Counted from the first letter of the whole stretch, positions 37,230 to 51,120 are shown. The stretch: 63,902 bases of DNA, filler included, from Octopus bimaculoides (GCF_001194135.2; 4 parts of 4 records of this genome joined end to end with filler, not necessarily neighbours in it), one strand, 5' to 3'. The notes: generated by a model not told the origin, from the letters alone. Numbers and translations: made by a program.

Positions 37230-37724
37230 AACTAGTAGTAATAATAATAAGATGATGGCAAAAACATCAGCAACAATAACAACAACTAAGAATAACATTT
37301 GTGACTGTCTGGATGAGCAAACACAACTCAACATCGAATGCAAGACTTGTCCATCAAGAGACCATCACCATCACCATCACAAAAAAACAAACAAACAAAA
37401 AAAATGTTCTCCAGAATAAAAATATTTAGATTTCGTAGAATTTTTTTCCTTTATGACAAGTATAGGTGTTTTTTTTGGAGAGATGCATGTACTTTTGCTA
37501 GGAATATTCCATGTGTATTGGAATATAGGTTGGAATTTGATTTGCTTGCTGATGTGAATGTTTAAGGGTATGAAGACAGTATATTTTATGTGAGTGTGTT
37601 TCTGGATGTGTATGCATGCATGTATGTGTGTGTGTGTGTCTGAGTGAGAGAAAAAGAGAGAGAGAGATGTATTAGATTGCTTCCAAGTTTGGGGATCCAT
37701 TAAGAAAGGTATGGCAGATCAGTG

Positions 37725-38437
37725 GCTACTCTTTTACTCTTTTATCTGTTTCAGTCATTTGACTGCGGCCATGCTGGAGCACCACCTTTAGTCGAGCAAA
37801 TCAACCCTAGGACTTATTCTTTGTAAGCCTAGTACTTATTCTATTGGTCTCTTTTATTTTGCCGAACCGCTAAGTTACGGGGACGTAAACACACCAGCAT
37901 CGGTTGTCAAGCGATGTTGGGAGGGACAAACACAGACACACAAACACACACACACACACATATATATANNNNNNNNNNNNNNNNNNNNNNNNNNNNNNNN
38001 NNNNNNNNNNNNNNATATATATATATATATATATATATTATATTATATTCTTTTATTCTTTTACTTGTTTCAGTCATTTGACTGTGGCCATGCTGGAGCA
38101 CCGCCTTTAGTCGAGCAAATCGACCTCAGGACTTATTGTTTGTAAGCCTAGTACTTATTCTATCGGTCTCTTTTTGCCAAACAGCTAAGTTACGGGGACA
38201 TAAACACGCCAGCATCGGTTGTCAAGCGATGTTGAGGGGACAAACACACACATATATATACATATACATATATATGACGGGCTTCTTTCAGTTTTTGTCT
38301 GCCAAATCCACTCACAAGGCTTTGGTCGGTCCGAGGCTATAGTAGAAGACACTTGCCCACGGTGTCACGCTGTGGGACTGAACCCGGAACCATATGGTTG
38401 ATAAGCAAGCTACTTACCACACAGCCACTCCTGCGCC
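37725..38437 (-). mobile_element. Two family C SINEs (3' half at 37725-37950; full copy at 38045-38437)
   Basis: Reverse complement matches the C consensus; separated by (TA)n and a gap. Confidence 0.88.
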
Positions 38438-38694
38438 TGGTTCTCAACCATTTTTTAGCTAGGGACTCTTTTGATTCCTATTCTATTCTACTGGATCTTC
38501 ATAGCCATTCAAAGTTAAAATAAAATCCTATTATATTTTCTATAATTAAATATTACTAGGAATTGAACTTTAAAAAATTGTTTAAAATATTCTGTGTATT
38601 GTAGAAGTATAACCAATTTATTGCAGATAACTTTTAACAGTAAAATCTTATGTGGACCCCCAAAGGCCATGTGAACCTTGGTTGCGAACCACTG
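38438..38694. mobile_element. hAT-like MITE (opposite orientation to 4499)
   Basis: tggttctcaacc ... ggttgcgaaccactg; the body is the reverse complement of the 4499 and 19695 copies. Confidence 0.7.
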
Positions 38695-38955
38695 GTATGG
38701 ATGTTTGTTTATATGAAGAAATAATACAACGTATATACATATATACATATACACATACATATGTCCTGGAGTTGTGGGGAGCATAGTGACATCCCTTAAT
38801 CATCATTATTACCAGTCCATTATGATTTAGAATGGTAGAACCTGTCAGGCTTCCAGGAATGGGTTAAATAGACTTCCCAGGATTAGGGAAGGCTCATGTT
38901 ACTTTTGAGAAAGCTATGAGGAATGCATATATGTGTGTGTACTGTGTATATAAAT

Positions 38956-39016
<61 letters not shown>

Positions 39017-39377
39017 NNNNNNNNNNNNNNNNNNNNNNNNNNNNNNNNNNNNNNNNNNNNNNNNNNNNNNNNNNNNNNNNNNNNNNNNNNNNNNNNNNNN
39101 NNNNNNNNNNNNNNNNNNNNNNNNNNNNNNNNNNNNNNNNNNNNNNNNNNNNNNNNNNNNNNNNNNNNNNNNNNNNNNNNNNNNNNNNNNNNNNNNNNNN
39201 NNNNNNNNNNNNNNNNNNNNNNNNNNNNNNNNNNNNNNNNNNNNNNNNNNNNNNNNNNNNNNNNNNNNNNNNNNNNNNNNNNNNNNNNNNNNNNNNNNNN
39301 NNNNNNNNNNNNNNNNNNNNNNNNNNNNNNNNNNNNNNNNNNNNNNNNNNNNNNNNNNNNNNNNNNNNNNNNNNNNT

Positions 39378-40263
39378 ATATATATAATACAGAATGGGAC
39401 AAGAACGCAAAACACTAAGACAGTTAGGTGATACAAGAAGGGGACAAAACATTTAGATAGACGATACAAAGAAAACACGGACAGGTCATTCGGAGTTTTC
39501 TCTCTTCAGTCAAGGTCCAGATTATCTTTGCAATTTAGGCTGGTTATTCTCGATATTGCTCCAATCTGGCCAGCCCCAAGGAAAAACAAAGCTAAGAGCA
39601 TTAGATTCCTTGGAAGAAAGCAGCGAATCTTTACAAAAACAAGGACGGAAAAAAGATGAACAATGTTACACAAATACAGTAGGAATAATAACAGCACAAA
39701 CCAACAGATGTCTTTCGACTAAGGCCGTATAAAATTAAGCTGGCGAGTATGGAAATAAGGCCTTACAGCCGGGATACACGATTTCACAGGAACAGGGAGG
39801 AATAACGATGTTGCACGCTCAACGGCCGCCCAGGAAAGAAAGGTCAGGCCTGGCCGAACACCGGTTACTTGGGAAGTGAAGAAAGAGAGGTAGAGGCAGA
39901 GGTACAAAAGAATTAAGGAGGGGCGAGAAAATATGACAGGGACACAGTGAAGTGAAAAGTGGAGTGAGAAGAGAAGGCAAGGAAATGTGAGCGAGGGAGA
40001 ACGAAAGAACGAACATTAGAAAATTCCTATAAGAGATGAGAGTAGTAACTATACTGCGAAATCATGTTTATAGCCACATCAATATGGCTGTTTGATGTTG
40101 CTACCGTTTTTAAGCCCAGGAAGAGCCTCCTCCAGTTGGTTGTCAATGCAATCTGCACCCGGTATATATTGCAAGTAGCAAGTGAACTTCTGCCATTTTT
40201 TAACAGACGATGGGGTCATCAGACCGAATGGTTTCAGGCTGGATGTGCCTGTCGTCAGTGGTG

Positions 40264-40264
<1 letters not shown>
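39378..40264 (-). mobile_element. ~880-bp non-coding element between (TA)n tracts with a hammerhead at its 5' end (PLE-like)
   Basis: 5' HHR at 40216-40264. Block 40040-40170 is homologous to the 35643/55983 elements (cca.ctggaggag...tcctggg.ct.aaaa.c..tagcaacatc). A second HHR-like motif lies at 39480-39509. Confidence 0.65.
40216..40264 (-). ncRNA. Type I hammerhead ribozyme variant (extra C after A9)
   Basis: Minus strand: TCACCA CTGACGA C AGGC-ACATCCA-GCCT GAAA CC-ATTC-GG TC TGATGA; stem I has one C.A mismatch. Confidence 0.7.
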
Positions 40265-40294
<30 letters not shown>

Positions 40295-40944
40295 GATTTC
40301 TTATTAGCTCTGTATATATTCTATTCTTTGCACTAATATTTAACATTTGAACTATACACTAATATTTAATATTGAATTATACATTTGCCCCCATGGATAA
40401 TATTAGGAAATGCAGTCTACAAACAATAATTATGATTTAACTTTTATGAAATTTATTGGTGCTTATACAAAATGATCAAATAATGAAATATTTTTATACA
40501 AAAGATAATATTTATAATCTTAAATTAAAATGAAATTGAAACAAATTTCTGATTGGTGTAACTTCTCCCATAACTTCTCTTCTTTGTCTATGAGTGTTTC
40601 TCTCTTACTAAGTGCATGTGTGTGTGCAGGGAGAGAGAGAAAGAGAGAGAGAATGACAAGTAGAGAGAGAATGACAAGTAGAGAGAGAAAGAGAGAGAAT
40701 GACAAGTAGAGAGAGAGAGAGAGAGAATGACAAACGCAGAGAGAGAGAGATAGAGAGAGAGAGAGAGCAAGCATTCATTTACTCACTGTCTGTCACCAAA
40801 CCTAGTATGTACAATCTCTCCTTGCCTGTCATTTGCTCTCTCTCTCTCTCTCTTTCTCTCTCACTCTCTCTCCCTCTCTCTATATATATTGTACAATGTG
40901 ACTGTAGAAATCAGCCATTGTACAGCAACCATGAAGAATTTTAG

Positions 40945-41260
40945 TCAAATGAATGAAACCTCTTTTTGTTTGAAGCCTATTACTTATTTTAACGGTACTT
41001 TTTGCTGAACTGCTAAGTTACAATAGCATAAACAAACCAACACCAGTTAGGTACAGATATACAGACATACACACAGACATACACACACATATGCACGTAC
41101 ATATTTGATGGGCTTCTTTCAGCTTCTGTTTGCTAAATCCTCTCACCAGGCTTTGGTTGGCTTGAGGCCATAGCACATGACACTTGTACAATGCACCACA
41201 CAGTGTTACTGAACCCAGAACTGCATGGTAGAGAAGCAAATTTCTTACCACACAGCCATA
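40945..41260 (-). mobile_element. SINE family C, degenerate
   Basis: Both halves are recognisable on the minus strand. Confidence 0.75.
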
Positions 41261-41343
41261 TCATATATAGATATATACATACATATATGTGTATATACAT
41301 ATATATATACACACATACACACACATTTATATCTGTATATATA

Positions 41344-41392
<49 letters not shown>

Positions 41393-41973
41393 ACTCTACA
41401 GTCTCCTGTTGCCTCTCTCTTACTCTCTCACCCATTACATCTCTCTTTATGTCCTTCTGCACAGACAAGTCCCATCTCTAATGGCTAATGATGATAGCTA
41501 AACATTATGCTGGTAACGGGAGAGTCAAGGGACTTGATAAAGCTTAGACAATATTTTCTGATCCGTATCGGACTGATATGTAATGTAATAGACTGATGGC
41601 TTTATATTGATTACTGATAGAAATAGACACAAGAGGGCGTGTCTAGCTATATGTATTTGTTTATGTGTCAGTATATATGTATGTGTGTAGCTCTGAGTGT
41701 ATGTGCGTGTATATGTGTACATCACATTTCATGGGTAAACATTAACAACTATAGGTGTGTGTATGTGTGAGTATATTTGAGTGCTTTTGATTTTGTATGT
41801 TTGTGTGCATATATGCTTCGATTTATTTGCATGTGCACCTGCATTGTTATATATATAAATGTGTGTGTGTTTGTGTGTGTGTGTGTATACATGGCTATGT
41901 ATGAATATATCTACGCGTGCATGTGTGCGCATGAAAGTTTTTGTATATTTGTGTATACCTGTATGTATATGTA

Positions 41974-42030
<57 letters not shown>

Positions 42031-42455
42031 ATGTATGCCCATTTATCTATCCATCTATCAATCTGTCAATATGTATGTACATATACATATATATACAAAT
42101 ATTTTTTAGCATGTGCGTGTCTATGTACATGCACGCAGGTATGTATAGGATGCTTGTATTTATATCTATAGTTTTGTGGTTGGTCTATATGTAATATGGG
42201 TCAGATTTGTTGAACACAGAGTGTGAGCATCTAAAATTACGTATTTTTATGTACGTATATATCCATGTAGACCTATATACTTATATATATATATATATCG
42301 TTATACATTAGGCTAAACAAATTGTTGTACTAAATCTCTGGCTGATGATCTTCAGTAATATATAATCTTCAGAATATCGGCGACAGAAAATTCGTCGAAA
42401 TAATTTGCAATTTTTACGTATTGGCTTCATCCTTTCCTTTACATGAAACAGCTTC

Positions 42456-42495
<40 letters not shown>

Positions 42496-43389
42496 TTATC
42501 TGCCTGTCTGTTTGTCTGTCTGCCTGTCTGTTTTCCATTGTCTGTATGGACATATATAAGTCTATTTGAACGTAACATTATGCTCTCCTCACTGTGTGTG
42601 TATGTGCTAATAAATGATCCGCTATGTATCACTATATGCATGTGTGTGTGTTTGTGCCTTTGCGCAGACGCGCTCTGTATTTGTAAACATGTTAATATAT
42701 AATTATATATTTCTCTATGGAGCAGTGATTCTGTTTATGGGCTACTATATGCTGTTGTTTAATTTAGCATGAATTTTATCCTTTTTTTTTTTATTAGTAA
42801 TGGTCAGCAAATTAATGGAATCGATCAAGCATTGGTCAGAACGTCTTTGCAGTATTTGTGACTTTTTTTATGTGTTTTCAGTTCAAATTTAGCTAAGATT
42901 CATTTCGCCTCCTTTTGAAATGTTTGACTTCTTACGTTAAAAAAATACATTAATCTTATCTAGGCCATAACAATTTTGAAACTTCGGAGAGGATTAAATA
43001 AATCGTTTATAATGGAGTAACTCGAAGGAGATAAAGCTATAAATAATGTGTAAATAGGTTAAAATTCCTTCTTGGCTGGAAGAAGTCAAGGGCCGTAGTT
43101 CTTTACACTGAACTCTGAAAAGGGTTTGGTTGTGTAAAATTGATGTTGATGAAAACTAGGAGTAGAATAGAAGATAAACGAATACAGTCGTTAGAAATTC
43201 CTTAGAATTCCATTAAGTAGTTGTTTCACTTCTCTCAGTTCCGATCTTTCCGATGTCAACTTTGTCTTCTTCGATATTTTCTATCCAAGAGTTTTATTTA
43301 AGCCATTATTTACATGCTGTTATCTTTAGATTTATTTATTTCGAGTTTCGCGGTTAAAGATGATTTATCAATTTTATATTTTAAAGGAA

Positions 43390-44232
43390 AGCAGTTTGGC
43401 AGAATTACTAAAACAAAAGTAGTAAAACAGCATTTAGTTACTTCTTTTACGTTTTGGGTTCAAATTCCATCAGTGTCTTCTTGCCTTTATTCCTCAAAGA
43501 CGGAAGAAATAAGCAGCAGTGACACCGTGGTTTCAATCTAAAGTTTCTTGTTTCATTCAGAATTTCTAGCAACAAACCTATATTTAGAAATCCTTATTTT
43601 ATCACATCAAACGGACAGACACGCCAGCGCTCCAAACAAAATATTTAGGGGCGTTTCTTCCGACTCTTTACGTTTTGAATTCGTAACCCGCTGTGGTTAA
43701 CTTCGCTTTTCACCCCTCTGGAATCAATATATCATAAAGTACCAGTCAAGTACTGGGATTGATTTTACTAACTAACCCATTTCTCTAAAATTGATGGCCT
43801 TCTGCCAAAATTAGAAAGCTTTACAAGGTGGCGAACTAACAGAATAGATAACGTATCATACAGAATGCTTAATAATATTTCTTGCAGCTCTGTGTATTGC
43901 CTTTCATCTTTTAAGGGTCGATAAAATAAGGTACCAGTCAAATATTTTGGTCAATGTAATCGATCAACTCCTTCCCTCCAAAAGTTTCTGAGCTTGTTCC
44001 AAAATTTGAAACAATTTAATCAATTATTGGACAAACAGAAGATTAGACTTTCAGGCCTGCGCACTCCGTTTGGTTGATGTTCTGCTTGAAATTCTGTAGG
44101 TTGGCACTGATAAAGATAAATGGAATCGTTAGAAAGTCGTTCAGAAATCCTTACACTGTTTGTTCCGGTTCTCTGCATTCTGAGTCCCAATCCAGCTGAG
44201 GGGTCAACTTCGCCTTCCTTTTGGGGGTTGAT
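43390..44232 (+). mobile_element. Cluster of about four degenerate family B SINEs
   Basis: Recurrent cagaat..(t)ag..a..aaaatg, gttcaaatt, gccttt.atc.t.t..gggtcgataaaataag.tacc motifs. Confidence 0.7.
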
Positions 44233-44280
44233 GAAATAGTGCATCAGTGCAAGCAGTGGAATGTTGTTTTCGTGGTTGCC

Positions 44281-44748
44281 CTTCTTCTTCTTCTTCTTCT
44301 TCTTCTTCTTCTTCTTCTTCTTCGTCCCCTGCAAGTTCTTTTCTTCTTGTCTTCCCCGTCATCCTCCTCCCCTCCTCCCATTCTCCTCCTCCTTTGTATC
44401 CTCAAAGTTCTTCTTCTTCTTCTTCTTCTTCTTCTTCTTCTNNNNNNNNNNTCTTCTTCTTCTTCTTCTTCTTCTTCTTCTTCTTCTTCTTCGTCCCCTG
44501 CAAGTTCTTTTCTCCTTGTCTTCCCCGTCATCTTCCTCCTCCCCTCCGCCCATTCTCCTCCTTCTTTGTGTCCTCAAAGTTCTTTTTCTTCTTCTTCTTC
44601 TTCGTCCCCTGCAAGTTCTTTTCTCCTTGTCTTCCCCGTCATCTTCCTCCTCCCCTCCTCCCATTCTCCTCCTCCTTTGTGTCCTTCTTCTTCTTCTTCT
44701 TCTTCTTCTTCTTCTTCTTCTTCTTCTTCTTCTTCTTCTTCTTCTTCT
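44281..44748. repeat. (CTT)n-anchored minisatellite, three ~110-bp units
   Basis: tcgtcccctgcaagttcttttct.cttgtcttccccgtcatc...cccattctcctcc..ctttgt.tcctc at about 44323, 44491 and 44602, separated by (CTT)n. Confidence 0.9.
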
Positions 44749-46923
44749 ATAGACAGTTACATAATCGATATCCTTTTTTCCACATCAATAAACCATATCA
44801 GCATTAGGTTGAAATACACAATTTCCTGAAGTAGTCGCTGATGTCTCGGAACTCCAAATGACTTTCTGGTAACATTATCGCTATATGCTCTTTCAGCCAG
44901 ACTGTATGATAGGGATAGTTTGCAAAGAAGTACCTGTAACTAGCTACCACACACACACACACACACACACACNNNNNNNNNNNNNNNNNNNNNNNNNNNN
45001 NNNNNNNNNNNNNNNNNNNNNNNNNNNNNNNNNNNNNNNNNNNNNNNNNNNNNNNNNNNNNNNNNNNNNNNNNNNNNNNNNNNNNNNNNNNNNNNNNNNN
45101 NNNNNNNNNNNNNNNNNNNNNNNNNNNNNNNNNNNNNNNNNNNNNNNNNNNNNNNNNNNNNNNNNNNNNNNNNNNNNNNNNNNNNNNNNNNNNNNNNNNN
45201 NNNNNNNNNNNNNNNNNNNNNNNNNNNNNNNNNNNNNNNNNNNNNNNNNNNNNNNNNNNNNNNNNNNNNNNNNNNNNNNNNNNNNNNNNNNNNNNNNNNN
45301 NNNNNNNNNNNNNNNNNNNNNNNNNNNNNNNNNNNNNNNNNNNNNNNNNNNNNNNNNNNNNNNNNNNNNNNNNNNNNNNNNNNNNNNNNNNNNNNNNNNN
45401 NNNNNNNNNNNNNNNNNNNNNNNNNNNNNNNNNNNNNNNNNNNNNNNNNNNNNNNNNNNNNNNNNNNNNNNNNNNNNNNNNNNNNNNNNNNNNNNNNNNN
45501 NNNNNNNNNNNNNNNNNNNNNNNNNNNNNNATATATATATATATAAGGGATAGAGAAAAGCAACAATGGCAATTTAATTGGTAAGAAGTGCGCAACCCTC
45601 TCACTGGTAATATTCCAAAAGACATCCTTTAAACATGCCAACTGTCTCAGCAAAAAATGCCAAGTAAAAATAATAATAGTAATGCTGACGACGACGACGG
45701 CGGCGGCGCCGATGATTAGGATGATGATAATGATAATAATGGTGATGTTGGATGACACTACTACTACTACTACTACAACTACTACCGATGTTGATGATGA
45801 TGATGATGACGATGATGATTGTAGTAGAAGTAATAATAATAACAACAACAGATAATAACAACGAAATATAAATAAATATAGAAAATGAGAGCAAAGCGCT
45901 GAGGTCTCTGACACGGTACAACTTGGTACACACGCTGACACACACACGCTGACACATACACGATGATACACACACACACACGCGCACACAGTTGTATGTA
46001 TATATACATATATGTGTGTGTGTGTATATATGTATTCATTTATATAAGTACGTGCATATATATATTCGTATATACATGCATGAAATAGAAATATATATCA
46101 TATTATATCATATATATATATATATATATATATATANNNNNNNNNNNNNNNNNNNNNNNNNNNNNNNNNNNNNNNNNNNNNNNNNNNNNNNNNNNNNNNN
46201 NNNNNNNNNNNNNNNNNNNNNNNNNNNNNNNNNNNNNNNNNNNNNNNNNNNNNNNNNNNNNNNNNNNNNNNNNNNNNNNNNNNNNNNNNNNNNNNNNNNN
46301 NNNNNNNNNNNNNNNNNNNNNNNNNNNNNNNNNNNNNNNNNNNNNNNNNNNNNNNNNNNNNNNNNNNNNNNNNNNNNNNNNNNNNNNNNNNNNNNNNNNN
46401 NNNNNNNNNNNNNNNNNNNNNNNNNNNNNNNNNNNNNNNNNNNNNNNNNNNNNNNNNNNNNNNNNNNNNNNNNNNNNNNNNNNNNNNNNNNNNNNNNNNN
46501 NNNNNNNNNNNNNNNNNNNNNNNNNNNNNNNNNNNNNNNNNNNNTATATATATGCACACATGTACATGTGTATATGCGTCTATGGATGTACGCATATACG
46601 TGTGTGTATACGTGCATCTGTGTCAATTTCTCTTTAGCGGTTGACATGTTCTGATGTAACTTGTAGTTAATGGATGCGATTCTCAGGTGAAAACTGCGGA
46701 TACCTTTTCTATTAGTTTGACTGACATAAGGACGAAGTGCAGGGAAAAAATGGAAGTAAAGTAATCAGAGTAAAAACGGAAAGATAATGTATATAGGCTT
46801 GATGTAATAGTACGAGTCATATGTAAAATACATATACACACACCCATATGTGTACTTGTATATGTACATGAACATATAATTATACGTATGTGTATACACG
46901 TACACATATTTACACATACATGC

Positions 46924-46962
<39 letters not shown>

Positions 46963-47138
46963 TTTATGATAATATTTTGTTGATAGATTGTATTCTACGT
47001 ATGTATATGCTTGTGTTACAGTGAGTGTATGTAATACATACAGCGATGCAAAAATATGATCATTGATACATACATAAAAAATATATGCATATATATGTAC
47101 ACGCCAATACTTATGTTTCAACGTACATACACAGAACT

Positions 47139-47199
<61 letters not shown>

Positions 47200-47747
47200 T
47201 AGATATGTATGCATGTATCTGGGAACACACACACATATATATTTATATGTATCTGTGTACACACACACACATACATAAATGTGTATGTGTGTGTGTATGT
47301 TTATCTATGTATAGCACCTCTCACATACACACATATATGATAGAACAAAATGTCAGAGATTATTCACATAAGATACTTAGTTATGTATACCATCTTACGT
47401 ACATTTCATTAACAAAAAGTGTTATTAGTTACGCATTGTAAGTTACATCATCATAATGTATAGTAAAATATTCAGAGACTTCTAACATTCATGAATAAGG
47501 GATTATTGAATTATTAACACAATTAACCAAACGAAGTGTAATGACCGTCTCCGTCATGTTAAGTCAGGGTGGTTGATTATAATTGGTATTAAGTTGGGTG
47601 AAGCCAAAATGAAGGAAATGAGATATGTGGGAGATTGAATGTCGTCAGAGATGCATCAAACCAATGTTTTCCTGCTTAATGATTTTATTGTTCTTTTATT
47701 CATCAGTTGTGTCTTCTCAAAATCCATTTTTTCTTTTAAAAGCAGAA

Positions 47748-47778
47748 AAATTTGTCGGCAGCCAGTGCCGACAAATTT
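47748..47778. other. Perfect 13-bp inverted repeat with a 5-nt loop
   Basis: AAATTTGTCGGCA-gccag-TGCCGACAAATTT. Confidence 0.9.
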
Positions 47779-49104
47779 ATCTTTCTACTTGTTCTACAAT
47801 ACATTTCAACGCTTCGAAAACAAACTTGTCTGTTTACACCGGACATAAGATGAGTTTAAATTTAAGGAAGATGTAAATTTGATTAAACGGATCTTAGTAT
47901 TTCATTCGTACTTATTGTACGCAAAGTCGACCTATGTAGGATTTCAATTCAAAAGTTGTAGTTGTATAACTAAATAACGCAAATTAAGAAAAAAATTTGT
48001 TCGATGCTCTGCGTATTTTACCAATCGGCAGACATTTTTTCTTTTTCTTTCCGCCACTGGATATGAAACCAGACGAAAATATATAATTTTTCTGTCCCGC
48101 GCGAAAACAGACAATGTTCAGTCCTTTCAGATTTCCTTGTTTCTAGAGCTAGCAACACGTTACCTGACATTCCGTTGATGGAATATCATACCTTTATGTT
48201 GCTATTTTATTTACCTCTCATCAGTATTTAATTACATCATTTCTTCAATATCATTTAATTACACGTTTCCTATTGTCATCTAATTAGTCCAATTTACTGG
48301 ATTCTTCTTCGTTGTCACCTTCTTTTTCATTATCACCCTCGCCATCATCTTAGTCATCATCGAGGTATTGGAATCTTCATCATCACCGCCGTCTTTGTCG
48401 TCGTTTCCACCATCGCCACCTTTAGTTTCAACTGCTGCTCTCCTCTCATTTTGTCATCTTTGTCTCCGTCTTCACTTTTTACTCCTCCGTCATGCAGCAT
48501 CGTCTCTTTGACATTGTTTTCAGCCGTACCGTCATCACCACTATTTTACCTACGTGCGCACACACACACACATACACATACACATACAACAAACAAACAC
48601 ACACAGACCACGCACACGCACATTCTATCTCATTCTTTCTTCCTCTTCTTCGTCTAATTGCTGTAGGTCCTAATTACTCTAATGTAAGTTGTCAACTAAT
48701 TTTATCTCTAAGTGTCTCGTCTTAATTGCATTATAAAAATTCACGTCGTCTAATTATTCCATGCTGCTGTGTCATTTACTTCTCTTATATGAGGGTTCCC
48801 TACCTCCTCCTCCTCCTCCACTTCCTCAATCTCCTTCTTTCTCCTCTCACCACTACCATCGCTACATCAGCAAACCACATTTTTCTGTTAATTATGTCAC
48901 CGGATAGTTTTTCGTGCTAGTATGTTTCTCCTTTCATCTACATTTTTTTTTCTCAGTTGAAGTTCTTGTGTTTTTGAAATTTCTACATATTTTCTTTTCT
49001 TCATCAACATTAAAAAAAAACAAAAAAACAACAGTTTATTTTGTCCAAGATAAGTAAATAAAAACTGAGAATAATTTCTTTGCTAATCCTTTTTCACCGA
49101 AGCC

Positions 49105-49167
<63 letters not shown>

Positions 49168-49289
49168 GTTATGGACGTATTTTCAGGTTACTCGTGAAAA
49201 AACTGATTATTACTAAGTTTTACTAAATTCTCAATGCCAAGAGTTGGAAGCTAGATGCTCGGACCTTGGTCATTGCCTGCAAAACCTGA

Positions 49290-49412
49290 ATTTGTCCTGA
49301 GTTCAAATTCCACCGAGGTCGATAAAAAAAGTACCAGTTGAATACTGGGGCTGATGTAATCGACTTACACCCTCCCCGAAATTGCTGGCCTTCTGCTAAA
49401 ATTTGAAATCAA
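49290..49412 (+). mobile_element. Family B SINE fragment
   Basis: ctgagttcaaattccaccgaggtcgataaaaaaagtaccagttgaatactgggg, with an internal deletion. Confidence 0.75.
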
Positions 49413-49479
49413 TATTTAGTCAAGTTTTATGGAAGTAAGGTTTAAGTGTGTATCATTATAGGTTTAAAGAATTGACCTC

Positions 49480-49770
49480 AGTCCTTGTTTTTTAAAGCCT
49501 GGTACGCATTCTATCGGTCCTCTTTTTGCTGAACCGCTAAGATATGGGGGTCGTAAACAAACCAACACCGGTTATCAAGCGGTGGTGGGGGACAAACGTA
49601 GGCACACGGTCACATACATACATTTGAAGGACTTCTTTCAGTGTCTGTCAACCAAATCTACTCGCGAGGTTTTAATAGGATGTACTTGCTCGTGGTGCCA
49701 TGCAGTGGGACTGAACCCAGAGCCATGCGATTGGGAAGCAAGCTTCTTACTCCACAGCCAGGCCTGCTCC
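49480..49770 (-). mobile_element. SINE family C, degenerate
   Basis: Reverse complement of the C halves with a short internal spacer. Confidence 0.8.
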
Positions 49771-49853
49771 TATGTGCATTTTGTGACTATTTTATATATA
49801 TATAATGTATACATATATGCACACACACACTCACGCACATATATATTTATATA

Positions 49854-49903
<50 letters not shown>

Positions 49904-49907
<4 letters not shown>

Positions 49908-50307
49908 CGCAATGGCCCAGTAGTTAGGGCAGNNNNNNNNNNGAGGCGCAATGGCCCAGTAGTTAGGGCAGCGGACTCGCGGTCGTAGGATCGCGGTTTC
50001 GATTTCCAGACCGGGCGTTGTGAGTGTCTATTAAGCGAAAACACCTAAAGCTCTACGAGGCTCCGGAAGAGGATGGTGGCGAACCTTGCTGTACTCTTTC
50101 ACCACAACTTTCTCTCACTCTTTCTTCCTGTTTCTGTTGTACCTGTATTTCAAAGGGCCAGCCTTGTCACACTCTGTGTCACGCTGAATCTTCCTGAGAA
50201 CTACGTTAAGGGTACATGTGTTTTGCACGTTCATTTCACGAGCAGGCTGTTCCGTTGATCGTATCGACTGGAATCCTCGTCGACGTAAGTTCCATGACGA
50301 AGTGCCA
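49904..50307 (+). mobile_element. SINE family A (head duplicated across a 10-N gap)
   Basis: gaggcgcaatggcccagtagttagggcag occurs at 49904 and 49943; the body is colinear with other A copies. Confidence 0.9.
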
Positions 50308-50519
50308 CGAATGACTATATATATATATGCACACACAATATACACACATACACGACCGCACACATATCTTCAAGGACAAACAACAGAATGAATGCACATA
50401 GCACATTATCACAAAGATACACTTTCATTTACAGTATGATAACTTCCAGTTATTGCTTTCTACTAATACTAGAACTAGGTTGTTGTACAGTGGTTCCCCA
50501 CACCAATATTTGCAGAGAA

Positions 50520-51120
50520 GGCGGTGAGCTGGGAGAAACGTTAGCACGCGGGGCGAAATGCATAGCGGCATTTCATTTGCTGTTACGTTCTGAGTTCAAA
50601 TTCTGCCGAGGTTGACTTTGCCTTTTATTCTTTCGGGGTCGATAAATTAAGTATCAGTTACGCACTGTGGTCGATGTAATAGACTTAATCCCTTTGTCTG
50701 TCATTGTTTGTCCCCTCTGTGTTTAGCCCCTTGTGAGCAATAAAAAAATAAGAAATGTTAGCACGCCGGGCGAAATGCTTAGCGGTATTTAGTCTGCCAC
50801 TGCGTTCTGAGTTCAAATTCCGCCGAGGTCGACTTTGCCTTTCATCCTTTCGGGGTCGATAAATTAAGTACCAGTTACGCACTGGGGTCGATATAATCGA
50901 CTTAATCCGTTTGTCTGTCCTTGTTTGTCCCGTCTGTGTGTAGCTCCTTGTGGGCAGTAAAGAAATAGGTATTTAGTCTGCTTTACGTTCTGCATTCAAA
51001 TTCCGCCAAGGTCGACTTTTCCTTTCATCCTTTTAGGGTCGATAAATTTAGTACTGGGGTCGATCTAATCGACTGGCCCCTCCCCAAAAATTTTAGGGCC
51101 CTCTGCCTAGAGTAGAAAAG
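50520..51120 (+). mobile_element. Composite family B SINE trimer (B1-B1-B2) within a single TSD
   Basis: Outer TSD aatatttg(c/t)agagaa at 50505-50519 / 51121-51135. Inner duplications gaaa(c/t)gttagc (50535, 50752) and ggtatttagtctgc (50784, 50968). Confidence 0.9.

Noticed and set aside
48160-48230. Three donor-like sites on the minus strand (GAG|GTAAAT, AAG|GTATGA, CAG|GTAACG)
   Set aside because: No matching acceptor or convincing open exon; upstream is a degenerate GAT/GAC repeat.
49904-49971. Doubled SINE A head
   Set aside because: Identical copies flank a 10-N gap, an assembly overlap.
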